A stretch of DNA of 64,000 nt from Pelagomonas calceolata. Its lineage: Eukaryota. The notes below the pieces were generated by a model, which did no database searches, was not told the DNA's origin, and was given only the letters and a program-made list of their open reading frames with translations. Within the stretch, counting starts at the first letter, position 1; the number at the start of each line of letters is the position of its first letter. The translations under genes were made by a program, and so were the position numbers. Shown in pieces: positions 63,202 through 64,000 of this stretch. Location of the stretch: contig CAKKNE010000002.1 in the NCBI GenBank assembly GCA_918797485.1, positions 6,076,001 through 6,140,000 of the forward strand, read 5' to 3'.

Positions 63202-64000
63202 GGGTTAGGGTTCGGGCCCGGAGGGCCCGAAGGGCCCGAAGGGCCCTTCCAGCACCTTGGGCTGGATGTTAGTGTTCTGTGTCAGGATTGAGGTTGTGAA
63301 TAGTCTTTCGTGAGGTTATGGGCAGTCTTTGGTGGCCGGTGCTGGCCACAGGGTTAGGGTTCGGGCCCGGAGGGCCCGAAGGGCCCGAAGGGCCCTTCCA
63401 GCCCATTGGGCTGGATTTTAGTGTTCTGTGTCAGGATTGAGGTTGTGAATAGTCTTTCGTGAGGTTATGGGCAGTCTTTGGTGGCCGGTGCTGGCCACAG
63501 GGTTAGGGTTCGGGCCCGGAGGGCCCGCCGGCTCGAAGGGCCCTTCCAGCCCATTGGGCTGGATGTTAGTGTTCTGTGTCAGGATTAAGGTTGTGAATAG
63601 TGTTTCGTGAGGTTGTGGGCAGTCTTTGGTGGCCGGTGCTGGCCACAAGGTTAGGGTTCGGGCCTTGGGCCCGGAGGGCCCGAAGGGCCCGAAGGGCCCT
63701 TCCAGCCCATTGGGCTGGATTTTAGTGTTCTGTGTCAGGATTGAGGTTGTGAATAGTCTTTCGTGAGGTTATGGGCAGTCTTTGGTGGCCGGTGCTGGCC
63801 ACAGGGTTAGGGTTCGGGCCCGGAGGGCCCGAAGGGCTCGAAGGGCCCTTCCAGCCCATTGGGCTGGATGTTAGTGTTCTGTGTCAGGATTAAGGTTGTG
63901 AATAGTGTTTCGTGAGGTTGTGGGCAGTCTTTGGTGGCCGGTGCTGGCCACAAGGTTAGGGTTCGGGCCTTGGGCCCGGAGGGCCCGAAGGGCCCGAAGG
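63202..64000. repeat. ~149-bp tandem satellite containing GGTTAGGG; probable subtelomeric repeat
   Basis: Units start at 63202, 63351, 63500, 63648, 63804, 63953; alternating A/B variants give a ~305-bp higher-order period. Confidence 0.92.

Noticed and set aside
63202..64000. Possible CRISPR array
   Set aside because: Whole units repeat with no unique spacers, there are no cas genes, and the context is eukaryotic.
1..64000. Autonomous transposase for the introners
   Set aside because: I recognised no DDE/hAT transposase ORF in this window.

Overview
GC-rich, gene-dense eukaryotic nuclear DNA from a photosynthetic stramenopile. A tubular mastigoneme protein, an LHC protein and bipartite plastid presequences point to a pelagophyte (Pelagomonas/Aureococcus-like; inferred, not database-checked). 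About 35 protein genes are present, many interrupted by short GT-AG or GC-AG introns. The main structural signal is a family of intron-creating miniature DNA transposons (introners). Six near-intact copies of 136-203 bp carry TIR CTGTGTGGAAAT(C) and 8-bp TSDs that begin with GT or GC on the gene's sense strand. The TSD supplies the donor, the TIR end (CACACAG) supplies the acceptor, and splicing restores the ORF exactly. Several decayed copies grade into ordinary-looking introns. Other signals: a ~23-bp GCTAG...CTAGC motif upstream of about ten genes; a tRNA-Arg(CCT) inside an intron; MBD+PhyH-dioxygenase and PHD+AlkB-like fusions; a phage-like, AT-shifted domain inside the mastigoneme gene; a truncated LINE flanked by a ~100-bp duplication; and a ~149-bp TTAGGG-containing satellite at the right end, suggesting a subtelomere. 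All product calls come from motif recognition by eye.
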